From Terriglobia bacterium (GTDB lineage Bacteria > Acidobacteriota > Terriglobia > 20CM-2-55-15), in assembly GCA_965262675.1 (NCBI GenBank), contig OZ253554.1, positions 3,220,640 to 3,284,639 on the forward strand: 64,000 bases of DNA, in the 5' to 3' direction. This document shows, piece after piece, positions 29,257 to 38,192 of this stretch. A program made the translations under genes and the position numbers. Each line of letters opens with the position of its first letter. The stretch's first letter is position 1. The notes under the pieces were generated by a model, which saw only the letters and a list, made by a program, of their open reading frames with translations, did no database searches and was not told the origin of the DNA.

Positions 29257-30552
29257 CTACTGATCTTCTTCGTCGAACTCTTCTTCTCCCAGGCGGAAAG
29301 CCTGGGCCAGTTCCGGGTCGTCGTCGATCCCTAGCGCACGCCGAGCGATGTACTCCCCGATTACCGGTCCCGACTTGAAGGCCTCGGCCGAACCGCCTCC
29401 GGCCAGCCAGACGTTGTCGAAGTCGGGGTGTTGATCGATGATGAAGTTGCGGGTCACGCTGAACTCGTAGTGGCAGGACCGCGTTTCGTTGATTGCGGCG
29501 CCCACGAGATCGGGGAAATGCCGTTCCAGAATCTGACGCGGCTGATCGTGATACCGGGAATCGATCCATCGATCGCTCACGTCGGGGTCGGCGGGCGGGC
29601 GGCCGCCCGTTCGTACGCGGAAACCCCTGTAATCGGGTCCCAGCGCGGGCCAGCCCGTAACCCCGGGGATGCCATAGCTGGGCATGTTGGGGTAGACCCA
29701 CCGCGGGTCTCCGGGCGGCGTGGCGAAGTAGTAGACATGGCCCATCGGAATGCGGATACGGCGTCCCATCAGTTCGGGAAACACTTTGGGAAACCAGGGG
29801 CCGCAAGCGAAAACGAACGTCGACGATGCGATCGAATCCCCGGTTTCGAGCGTGACCGTTTGAAGAGCGCCGCCGGACCGGCTGCCGACGGAAGCGCGGC
29901 CCAAGACCAGCGCGCCGCCCTCCTGTAGAAACACCTGGGCCACGGATTCGATCGCACGGCGCGCCCGGACCACACCCGCGCCGGGTTCGTAGAGAGCGGC
30001 CCCGAGGTTTTCGAACCGGATCCAGGGCCACCGATTAGTGACTTCGTCAGGGCTCAGGAACTCGTAGGGAATCCCCAGGGCGTCCCAGTTTGCGGCGGAC
30101 CGCTCCAGATAGGGGATCATCTCCTCACGAAGGATCAGGTCTCCGGTGTTGTAGAACAACGGCGGCAGGAGCCGGTCGGTGTTTTCCTCGTCCCAGTCTC
30201 TCCAGCGCCGGATCGACTCGACGGCCCAGCGTGTCCAGAGCAGTCCGTGCGCCTCGTCGCCGTATGCGCTGCGGACGCCGCGGGTTTCCCCTCCCGAACT
30301 GGACCTGGAGTTTGCCGGCCCATACGGGTCGACCACGGTGACCGACGCGCCGAGGCGGAGCAGGTGGAGCGCCGTCCACATCCCGAACGAGCCCGCGCCG
30401 ACAACGACCACATCGGGAGAGCCGGCCTGGGGTTTGCCGACGGATGTGAGGCTGAACGTTCCCCGCGCGGCACCCGGAGCCGCGAGGCCGAGAGCCGCTG
30501 TCTTGAGGAAGGTCCGACGGTGGAGCGACGCCTCTTTTCTTCTGGAAGTCAT
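29257..30552 (-). CDS. Tat-exported FAD-dependent oxidoreductase (sarcosine oxidase/DAO-like)
   Basis: 'RRTFLK' Tat motif; 'VVVVGAGSFG'; 'SSGGETR'; 'GGGSAEAFKSGP'. Confidence 0.85.
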   Translation of the reverse strand: MTSRRKEASLHRRTFLKTAALGLAAPGAARGTFSLTSVGKPQAGSPDVVVVGAGSFGMWTALHLLRLGASVTVVDPYGPANSRSSSGGETRGVRSAYGDEAHGLLWTRWAVESIRRWRDWDEENTDRLLPPLFYNTGDLILREEMIPYLERSAANWDALGIPYEFLSPDEVTNRWPWIRFENLGAALYEPGAGVVRARRAIESVAQVFLQEGGALVLGRASVGSRSGGALQTVTLETGDSIASSTFVFACGPWFPKVFPELMGRRIRIPMGHVYYFATPPGDPRWVYPNMPSYGIPGVTGWPALGPDYRGFRVRTGGRPPADPDVSDRWIDSRYHDQPRQILERHFPDLVGAAINETRSCHYEFSVTRNFIIDQHPDFDNVWLAGGGSAEAFKSGPVIGEYIARRALGIDDDPELAQAFRLGEEEFDEEDQ

Positions 30553-30752
30553 TCCCCACCCCCGCCGATCAAACCCGTCGTATACGCCTTGCCCGGGGGG
30601 ATCTGGATGGGGGCGAGGTCGTTCACGTTGTGCTCGTTGATCTCGGTCCAGTTGATGTAGCTGTTTATACCGGCTCCCGGCCACCCGTGCAAAAAAAGCG
30701 CATCCGATGACGGCCGCCCCGCACGCGGACAGAGGCTGGAACCCCGTTTTTT

Positions 30753-32735
30753 TCAGGGAAGCGCCATCGCCGTCAGCGTGCTTCCGGTTTGAAGCATCAC
30801 ATACTGTTTGCCATCGTAAACGTACGTCATCATACCGTAACGACTGCCGGCCGGAACATCCACCGTACCCACGCGCTCTCCCGTCGCCTTGTCGACCGCA
30901 TAGAGGCGTGGGGAACCGTCGCCCGCGGCGCCGGCATAGATCAGCAACGTTTCGGTCACGGTCATCGGCGCGACGTTGCCCGAGCCCGTGTTCGGGATGT
31001 CCATTCCCTGTAAGTCGGGATGATTCGCGACGCGGTCGGGCGTATCGCCGACCGGAATCCACCAGAGGTGATCCCCGGTGTTCATGTCGATTGCCGTGAT
31101 CCGGCTGTAGGGTGGCTTGTACAGAGGCAAACCGTCGGGTCCGCGAGCCGCCGCGCTTCCCCCCACCGCGAAATCGGCGATCGTCGTGCCGGTGGGTGCG
31201 TCCTCGCGTGCATCGCGCTCGGCGCCTGGGACAATGATCCGCGAGGTGCATGCCTTGCGCGAGGTCACGTACAGGATTCCCGTTGCGGGATCGGCGGCCG
31301 CCGGCCCGTCGATGTTCACGCCGCCGACATCTCCGGGACACCAGAGCGCCCCGCGCTTGTCGAGGTCGTTATCCCGATGAAGCGGGGGATTGAACAAGGG
31401 GCCGATCTGGAACGGCTCGAGCGCTTGGAGCGCCCGCTCCCTCAACTCGGGAGTGAAATCGATCAGGTCGTCGACCGTGAGCCCTTGCATATCGTACGGC
31501 GCCGGGCGGGTCGGGAAAGGCTGGGTCGGGGACAGTTGTTCGCTTGGAACGAGCGATGCCGGGACCGGGCGCTCCTCGATCGGCCAGAGGGGCTCCCCGG
31601 TCTCGCGGTGGAACGCGTACGCGAAGGCCTGCTTCGTCACCTGCACGACGGCGGGAACCTCTTCCCCGTCGACGGTCACGTCGAGCAGCACGGGCGCCGT
31701 CGGTGTGTCGTAATTCCAGATGTCGTGATGCACGAGTTGGTAGTGCCAGGCTCGCTCTCCGGTCTGCACGTCCAGTGCGATCAGGCTGGTGCTGAACAGG
31801 TTGTCCCCGGGCCGGAACCCCCCGTAGAAGTCGATCGTGGCCCCGTTGGTCGGAATGTAGACGATGCCCCGCTCCGGGTCCGCCGCCATCGGCGCCCATG
31901 ACGACACGTCGCCGGTCCATTCCCATGCGTCGTTTTCCCACGTTTCGTGACCGAACTCGCCGGGGCGGGGAATGACGTTGAACTTCCACAGGAATTCTCC
32001 CGTCCGGGCGTCGTAGGCCAGAATGTCTCCCGGAATATTCTCGATGCGCGACTGGTTGTAGCCTTGTTCCGCCGAATTGCCCACGATCACGACATCGTTG
32101 ATGACGATGGGCGGGGACGACGCGGTGATGTAGCCGACTTCCAGCGGGATACCGTCATAGACATCGTACTCGTGGCCCAGATCGGCGAGCAGGTCGACCG
32201 AGCCGGTCGGCCCGAACCCGTCAATCGGAACGGACCCGCCGAAGCCTTCCAGAGGCTGGCCCGTCCCGGCGTCCAGGGCATGGAGGAAGAACGCCGGTGT
32301 CGTGATGTACACGACGCCGCGGCCGTCGATCTCCGCGTATGCGACGCCCTTTCCGTAGTCCTGCCGCATGGAGTATTCCCACCGGCCGGTGTTGGGCTCG
32401 CGGAACGACCAGAGCGTCTCTCCGCTTGCGGCATCGAGTGCGACGACGTGGCGGCGTGGACCGGCGACCGTATACAGCTTGCCGTCGGCGTAGACCGGGG
32501 TCGAGCGCCCGCTGGCGGCGTCAAAGCTGGCGCCGTCCCAGACCCATGCTTCCTGAAGGTTCTCGAAGTTGGAAGCGTCAATCTGGTCGGCCGGAGAGTA
32601 TCGCGTGTGCCGGGCATCGCCTCCGACGAAGCGCCACTGGCCGTCTTCGGTCCCGGTCTGCGCTCCGAGCAGGGCGGGGGTCCACAGGATGCCGGCGGCA
32701 ATGAGCGCCGTTGCGTATCGTCCGGGTAGGATCAT
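30753..32735 (-). CDS. PQQ-dependent glucose/quinate dehydrogenase-like protein
   Basis: 'RYSPADQI', 'HHDIWNYDTP', 'KPPYSRITAIDMNTG', 'MTY..DGKQY'; ATG after AAGGAG. Confidence 0.85.
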   Translation of the reverse strand: MILPGRYATALIAAGILWTPALLGAQTGTEDGQWRFVGGDARHTRYSPADQIDASNFENLQEAWVWDGASFDAASGRSTPVYADGKLYTVAGPRRHVVALDAASGETLWSFREPNTGRWEYSMRQDYGKGVAYAEIDGRGVVYITTPAFFLHALDAGTGQPLEGFGGSVPIDGFGPTGSVDLLADLGHEYDVYDGIPLEVGYITASSPPIVINDVVIVGNSAEQGYNQSRIENIPGDILAYDARTGEFLWKFNVIPRPGEFGHETWENDAWEWTGDVSSWAPMAADPERGIVYIPTNGATIDFYGGFRPGDNLFSTSLIALDVQTGERAWHYQLVHHDIWNYDTPTAPVLLDVTVDGEEVPAVVQVTKQAFAYAFHRETGEPLWPIEERPVPASLVPSEQLSPTQPFPTRPAPYDMQGLTVDDLIDFTPELRERALQALEPFQIGPLFNPPLHRDNDLDKRGALWCPGDVGGVNIDGPAAADPATGILYVTSRKACTSRIIVPGAERDAREDAPTGTTIADFAVGGSAAARGPDGLPLYKPPYSRITAIDMNTGDHLWWIPVGDTPDRVANHPDLQGMDIPNTGSGNVAPMTVTETLLIYAGAAGDGSPRLYAVDKATGERVGTVDVPAGSRYGMMTYVYDGKQYVMLQTGSTLTAMALP

Positions 32736-33204
32736 GGCTGGGTCTCTCCTTATCGGGCGGCGCCGTTGGCCGCCACGCTTCCGCATTGTCACCGGGATCG
32801 GCTCGGTTGTCGACAAGGATCGTCCGGTCGGGCGCTCACAGGGCGTGGACGACACGGGCGCGATATTTTCGACCCGCCCTGACTCGTCGGCATGACATTC
32901 CAGACAAATGTCGCCGAAGTCATTCACGTCGTCGCAGGTACAGTCCTGGTACATCCGAGGGCCGCGATTCGCGCTTACGTTGGATGCGCAGAGCAGTTCT
33001 ACGGGCAGCTGGGCGACGCTGATGCCAACTGCAAACCGAAGGAACAGAGCCGACGTTGTCGCCGCTGATGTGGCGGTTTCCTCAAACAGATCGATTCGGC
33101 GCCGAAGCCATCTTCTTGACTGTATGGCCGTTGCCAACCTATATATGAACCTGCGAATCGCCGGGTACCGAGTCGACGTATCGAGCCAAGGGGAGATCGA
33201 CCAC

Positions 33205-34035
33205 ATGAAAGACGGGTTGCGTGGTGGAATCATGGTCCTGGCCGTGGCGGCGGCGATCGTCTCGATAGGGGTGGGAACCACAGCCGCACAGTCGGCGGGC
33301 TCGGACATTCAACGTGCCTGGGACGGCAACCCCGATCTGAACGGGATCTGGCAGGCAATCGGTACCGCACATTGGGACATCCAGGATCATGCGGCCGCCG
33401 CGGGGCTGCCCGAAATGGGAGCGATCGGTGCGATTCCTCCGGGCCAGGGCGTAGTGGACGGCAACGAAATCCCGTATCGGGAATGGGCTCTCGAACAAAG
33501 GCGACAGAATTTCGAGAACCGCTTCACCGAGGATCCCGAGATCAAGTGCTACATGCCGGGCGTCCCACGCTCGACCTATCTCCCGTATCCATTCCAGATC
33601 GTCCAGGGAACCGGCAAGATGATGATGGTCTACGGGTTTGCCGAAACCAATCGCACCATTCACATGGACAAGGAAAACCCTGAGCCCGCGCCTATCGACA
33701 GTTGGATGGGGCGGTCCCACGGGCAATGGGAAGGCGACACGCTCGTCGTGGATGTCGCCGGTTTCAATGGGCAGTCGTGGTTCGACCGGGCAGGTAACTT
33801 TGCCAGCAGCACGTTGCACGTGGTCGAGCGGTATACCCCGATGGGCGCCAATGCAATCATGTACGAGGCCGTCATCGAAGATCCGAACGTGTTCACACGC
33901 CCATGGACCATGCGGATGCCCCTGTATCGACGTCTGGAAGACAACATCCAGATCCTGGAATTCAAGTGCGTCGAATTCTCCGAAGAACTTCTTTATGGCC
34001 ATCTGCGCCGGCAATCGCCAGACCGAGACCAGTAA
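33205..34035 (+). CDS. Exported 'WEGDTL' family protein
   Basis: 'GNPDLNGIW', 'CYMPGVPR', 'GQWEGDTLVV', 'EFKCVE'. Confidence 0.8.
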   Translation: MKDGLRGGIMVLAVAAAIVSIGVGTTAAQSAGSDIQRAWDGNPDLNGIWQAIGTAHWDIQDHAAAAGLPEMGAIGAIPPGQGVVDGNEIPYREWALEQRRQNFENRFTEDPEIKCYMPGVPRSTYLPYPFQIVQGTGKMMMVYGFAETNRTIHMDKENPEPAPIDSWMGRSHGQWEGDTLVVDVAGFNGQSWFDRAGNFASSTLHVVERYTPMGANAIMYEAVIEDPNVFTRPWTMRMPLYRRLEDNIQILEFKCVEFSEELLYGHLRRQSPDRDQ

Positions 34036-34050
34036 CGAGGTAAACACGCC

Positions 34051-35790
34051 ATGAAAGCGAAACGTGCAGTCCATATGCTCCTTATCGGAATCGCGTTGGC
34101 CGCCGCCGTGTCAGGCGTGGCCCGCGCAGCCGATTATCATCATGTCCACCTCGCGGTCCCGAGCCCGACCGAAGCGGTCGCATGGTATGAGCGGTACATG
34201 GAGTGTGAGGCGATTCCGGAACGCACGGACGCCGTCTCGTGCGGCGGTGTGGAGATCCATTTCGATGTCCTCATCACGGTGGGCGGGAGCCAGGGCACCG
34301 GCGTGAACCATATCGGCTTCTCGTTCGCGGATCTGACAGGCAAGATGACGGAACTCGAAGGAGTGGGCGTCGGGGGCCGGGGCGTGCGACTCCAACGGTT
34401 CGACGACGGCTCGACTCTGAGCGACGTACCGGGACTGTTCACTCACGGCTTTGTGTTCGATCCGTGGGGGACGCGCATCGAACTCGTGGAGGACCCGAAT
34501 TATCTCGGGTTCCATCATGTCCACCTGAGTTCCACCGACCCGGAAGCGAGCCTGGACTGGTATCGGGAGAATCTGGGGGGCGAGAGAGCCCGCCTCAACG
34601 GACAACTCGACGGACTGTTGTTCGACAACGTGTGGCTCATCGTTTCGGCCCACCCCGAGGGTACGCCCCCGCCGGCGCCTACCGTGGGCCGGGCAATCGA
34701 TCACATCGGTTTTCTCGTATCCGACCTGGACGAGGCAGCGGCCGACATGAGTGAACGCGGGGTTGCGCTCGAGGGCACGGAGACTGGCCGGACATCGGCG
34801 AGACGGGCCTTCATTGCGGGTCCGGACAACGTGGCTCTCGCGGTTGTGGAGCCGGGATGGGAGGGGGTCGTTGCAAATTCTCTGGCAGCGGACATCGGCG
34901 CCGTTCCACTTGGAGAACCGTACACGGTGCCCAGAACGCCGTGGGGCACCCCGGATCTGCAGGGCGTCTGGACTTCGAACCGGGCACACGGCATTCCTCT
35001 CGAACGCCCCCTGGACCTGGCGGACATCGAGGAACTGACTCCCGAAGAAGCCGCCGCGCGCCGCGAACGGGGAACGCTGGGAAGCATTTGGGGTTACGAA
35101 CGGGAATGGCGCGATACGACACTGGGGTTGGTCGGTTCGTCGCCGTCGACCCAGGTGGCCATGGTGGTCGACCCGCCCGACGGACGCGTCCCCCCGCTGA
35201 CGCCGGAAGCCCAGGCGCGGACCGGCGGGGGACGCGGAGGCCGAGGCGGCCTGCCGGCGGGGCCCGAAGACCTGAGCAATTACGTGCGGTGCATCACGCG
35301 GGGTCTGCCCAGCCTGATGATGCCGGGCATCTACAACAACGGCCTGCAGATCGTGCAAAGCCCCGGTCATGTCGCGATTCAGAAGGAGATGATCCACGAA
35401 ACCCGGATCGTTCCAACCGACCCGAAACCGTATCTGGGAGAGAACCTGACCCAGTGGCTCGGCGATTCGCGCGGCCGCTGGGAAGGCGACACGCTGGTGG
35501 TCGAGGTGACCAACTTCAATGGAAGGGCCGTATACCGGAATTCCAGCACGGCGATGAAACTGACCGAGCGTTTCACGCGCATCGGTCCCGAGACGCTGAT
35601 GTACGAATTTACCATCGACGATCCGTCCACGTGGACTCGGCCATGGACCGCGATGTTCACGTTCGAGAAGGACGACGACCAGTATGAACTGGTCGAATAC
35701 GCCTGCCATGAAGGCAACTACGGAATGACAAACATCCTGAACGGCGCCCGCGCGCAGGAATTGGCCGCCGACGAAGACACCGGGAGATAA
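34051..35790 (+). CDS. Exported fusion: tandem VOC (glyoxalase-like) domains plus a 'WEGDTL' domain
   Basis: 'HHVHL...NHIGF...DPWGTRIELV' and 'FHHVHL...DHIGF...GPDNVALAVV', then 'GTPDLQGVW', 'GDSRGRWEGDTLVV', 'EYACHEGN'. Confidence 0.8.
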   Translation: MKAKRAVHMLLIGIALAAAVSGVARAADYHHVHLAVPSPTEAVAWYERYMECEAIPERTDAVSCGGVEIHFDVLITVGGSQGTGVNHIGFSFADLTGKMTELEGVGVGGRGVRLQRFDDGSTLSDVPGLFTHGFVFDPWGTRIELVEDPNYLGFHHVHLSSTDPEASLDWYRENLGGERARLNGQLDGLLFDNVWLIVSAHPEGTPPPAPTVGRAIDHIGFLVSDLDEAAADMSERGVALEGTETGRTSARRAFIAGPDNVALAVVEPGWEGVVANSLAADIGAVPLGEPYTVPRTPWGTPDLQGVWTSNRAHGIPLERPLDLADIEELTPEEAAARRERGTLGSIWGYEREWRDTTLGLVGSSPSTQVAMVVDPPDGRVPPLTPEAQARTGGGRGGRGGLPAGPEDLSNYVRCITRGLPSLMMPGIYNNGLQIVQSPGHVAIQKEMIHETRIVPTDPKPYLGENLTQWLGDSRGRWEGDTLVVEVTNFNGRAVYRNSSTAMKLTERFTRIGPETLMYEFTIDDPSTWTRPWTAMFTFEKDDDQYELVEYACHEGNYGMTNILNGARAQELAADEDTGR

Positions 35791-35795
35791 GACCC

Positions 35796-36221
35796 ATGCG
35801 AACGACTCTTGCCGTCATTCTGGCCTCTGCTCTCATCCTTACGGGCACCGCCCCGTTGATGGCGCACCATGCGTTTTCCGCGGAGTTCGATTCCACCAAG
35901 CCTGTCCGAATACGTGGCAAGATCACGCGCATGGAATGGATCAATCCCCATGCCTGGATGCACCTCGACGTGACACAGGATGACGGCACGGTAGAAAGCT
36001 GGATGATCGAGGCCGGCCCCCCGGGCGCGCTTGTCCGCAGGGGATGGAACAGGGATTCGGTGGTTGTCGGCACGGAGGTGCTGGTGGAAGGCTATCGGGC
36101 TCTGGACGGGTCGAACCGGGCCAACGGCCGCGATGTGACGTTCCCGGACGGCCGCCGGTTGTTCGCGGGATCCTCCGGCACGGGCGCGCCAATCGATGGG
36201 ACCGACCCCACCGAGCGGTAG
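35796..36221 (+). CDS. DUF6152 family exported protein
   Basis: LMA-HHAFSAEFD; 'WINPHAW'; 'DGRRLFAGSS'. Confidence 0.85.
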   Translation: MRTTLAVILASALILTGTAPLMAHHAFSAEFDSTKPVRIRGKITRMEWINPHAWMHLDVTQDDGTVESWMIEAGPPGALVRRGWNRDSVVVGTEVLVEGYRALDGSNRANGRDVTFPDGRRLFAGSSGTGAPIDGTDPTER

Positions 36222-36319
36222 CCGCCCCCTTCGGCTTTCGCGCTCGGACCTGCAAACCCGGCACCAATTCCGATTGTTCCATATTGAGAGAGGCCCGCCT
36301 GACGCGCTAAAATAACGCC

Positions 36320-36508
36320 ATGATTCGGAAAGTCATTCACAAGACCCGCCTGCAGGACAGCCAATCGCTGCAACGAGATCTGGACTATTGGCTCAGCCGT
36401 TCCCCCAAGGAACGAATCGACGCCGTCGGGCGCTTACGAAAGCAGGCCCATGGATCTGGAATCCGACTTCAAAGAACTGCTCGAGTTATTCAACGCCCGG
36501 AGCGTTGA
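36320..36508 (+). CDS. Small basic protein, putative partner of the downstream nucleotidyltransferase
   Basis: 'DLDYWLSRSPKERIDAV..LR...RLQR' motif; overlaps the next gene. Confidence 0.6.
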   Translation: MIRKVIHKTRLQDSQSLQRDLDYWLSRSPKERIDAVGRLRKQAHGSGIRLQRTARVIQRPER

Positions 36509-36896
36509 ATTCCTCATCGTCGGCGCCTACGCGCTGGCTCAACACGGCATTCCAAGGTATACCGGCGATCTGGATATCCTCGTCCGGCCCAGCGCGGACA
36601 ATGCCGTGCGAGTGATGGAGGCGCTAAAGGCATTCGGATTCGGAGAGATCGGCTTGGCCCGCCAAGACTTCGAAAAGGCCGGCAACGTCATTCAGCTTGG
36701 TGTGCCACCGGTCCGTATCGACATTGTCACCTCGATTTCCGGTGTTTCATGGGAAGAGGCCGATGGCGAACGGATTGAAGGGCGCTACGGAGACATCGCG
36801 GTCGGCTTCCTGGGCCGGGAACAAATCATCGCAAACAAGCGCGCTTCGGGACGAAAAAAGGACCTCGCCGACCTGGAAGCTCTGGGAGAAGAATAG
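36450..36896 (+). CDS. Minimal nucleotidyltransferase-fold protein (DUF6036-like), putative TA component
   Basis: 'LIVGAYALA.HG.PRYTGDLDI', 'RIDI', 'NKRASGRKKDLADLE'. Confidence 0.75.
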   Translation: MDLESDFKELLELFNARSVEFLIVGAYALAQHGIPRYTGDLDILVRPSADNAVRVMEALKAFGFGEIGLARQDFEKAGNVIQLGVPPVRIDIVTSISGVSWEEADGERIEGRYGDIAVGFLGREQIIANKRASGRKKDLADLEALGEE

Positions 36897-37306
36897 TGAC
36901 CGTGAATCCTCATCTTGTTTTCAGCGGTCAGTGCGAAGAGGCGTTCAAATTCTATGAACGCTGTCTTGACGCCAAGATCAAGTTCACCCTTACCTGGGGC
37001 GACTCGCCCCTTGCAAACCAGGTACCGCCGGAATGGGGCGGCAAGGTCCTGCATGCGACTCTGTGGGTCGGCGACACGGTGTTGACGGGAGTGGATGTTG
37101 TTCCCGAGGAGTACGAACCGCCGAGGGGCTTCTCCGTAATGCTTGGCCTCGACGATCCGGTAGCCGCGGAACGTATCTTTGACGTGCTGGCGGAAAATGG
37201 AACGGTGGGAATGCCGCTACAAGAGACTTTCTGGGCCGCACGTTTCGGGGGAGTTGTGGATCGGTTCGGGATACCCTGGGAGATAAACTGCGAAGCAGCG
37301 ACCTGA
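36896..37306 (+). CDS. VOC family protein (PhnB-like)
   Basis: 'PHLVFSGQCEEAFKFY', 'VLHATL', 'MPLQETFWA.RFG.VVDRFGIPW'. Confidence 0.88.
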   Translation: MTVNPHLVFSGQCEEAFKFYERCLDAKIKFTLTWGDSPLANQVPPEWGGKVLHATLWVGDTVLTGVDVVPEEYEPPRGFSVMLGLDDPVAAERIFDVLAENGTVGMPLQETFWAARFGGVVDRFGIPWEINCEAAT

Positions 37307-37321
37307 CCTGAAACTTAACCA

Positions 37322-37334
37322 TAAGTCATTGATT
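37322..37334 (-). promoter_or_regulatory. IHF-consensus-like site in an AT-rich intergenic patch
   Basis: Reverse complement AATCAATGACTTA fits WATCAANNNNTTR. Confidence 0.4.
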
Positions 37335-37424
37335 TTATTGACTTTAAATGGGAGCCTCAAGTGGTTGAGATTCACTCTTGAATGATCTGCCGCAGGCGGG
37401 GGCGCGACTAACCCGCGTTTCGCG

Positions 37425-38192
37425 TCAATCGTCGGCGGCGCCTTGTTTCGCCTCGGGCCGAAAGATCCTGAAGAGCCTGCGAATCGGGTCGTAGAAGTCG
37501 TCGTCGACGCGTTCCTTCAACGGGATGATCGCATTGTCGGTGATCGTGATGTTTTCGGGGCACACCCGGGTGCAGCATTTCGTTATGTTGCAGTATCCGA
37601 TCTCCTGAGCCTTGGCAAGTTCCGCCGTACGATCTTCGGTATCCAGCGGATGCATCTCGAGTGCCGCGGCATGGACAAAAAACCGCGGTCCGATGAACTC
37701 GTCGTGAAGCCGGCGCTCCCGCAGCACGTGGCATACGTCCTGGCACAGGTAGCATTCGATGCATTTCCGGAATTCCTGAACCCGATCCACGTCTTCCTGA
37801 GACATCCGCCAGGTTCCATCCGCGGCGTCGGGAGGACGGGGTTTGAACTTCTTGATCCCGGTCTTGACCTTGAAATTCCAGGACACGTCCGTGACCAGAT
37901 CGCGGATGAGCGGGAAGCTCTTCATCGGTTCGACAACGACGGGCTGGCCGGGTGGCAACTCATTCATCCGTGTCATACACATCAACCGGGGCATTCCGTT
38001 GATTTCAGCCGAACACGACCCACACTTCCCCGCCTTGCAGTTCCACCGTACGGCAAGGTCCGGCGCGTCTTCGGCCTGTATCCTGTGGACGGCATCCAGG
38101 ACGACCATGCCTTCGGAAATCTCGGTTGCGTACGTCTCGAAACCGCCGTCTTCCCCGCTTCCGCGCCATATCCGAAAGGTTACCCAGCTCAT
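37425..38192 (-). CDS. sdhB: Succinate dehydrogenase/fumarate reductase iron-sulfur subunit (Sdh1 type)
   Basis: 'WNCKAGKCGSC', 'CIECYLCQDVC', 'CNITKCCTRVCP'. Confidence 0.92.
   Translation of the reverse strand: MSWVTFRIWRGSGEDGGFETYATEISEGMVVLDAVHRIQAEDAPDLAVRWNCKAGKCGSCSAEINGMPRLMCMTRMNELPPGQPVVVEPMKSFPLIRDLVTDVSWNFKVKTGIKKFKPRPPDAADGTWRMSQEDVDRVQEFRKCIECYLCQDVCHVLRERRLHDEFIGPRFFVHAAALEMHPLDTEDRTAELAKAQEIGYCNITKCCTRVCPENITITDNAIIPLKERVDDDFYDPIRRLFRIFRPEAKQGAADD

Noticed and set aside
32892-32906. CLECH heme motif in the in-frame N-terminal extension of the PQQ dehydrogenase ORF
   Set aside because: It lies upstream of the RBS-supported ATG (32735) and signal peptide, in sequence that does not look protein-like; likely chance.
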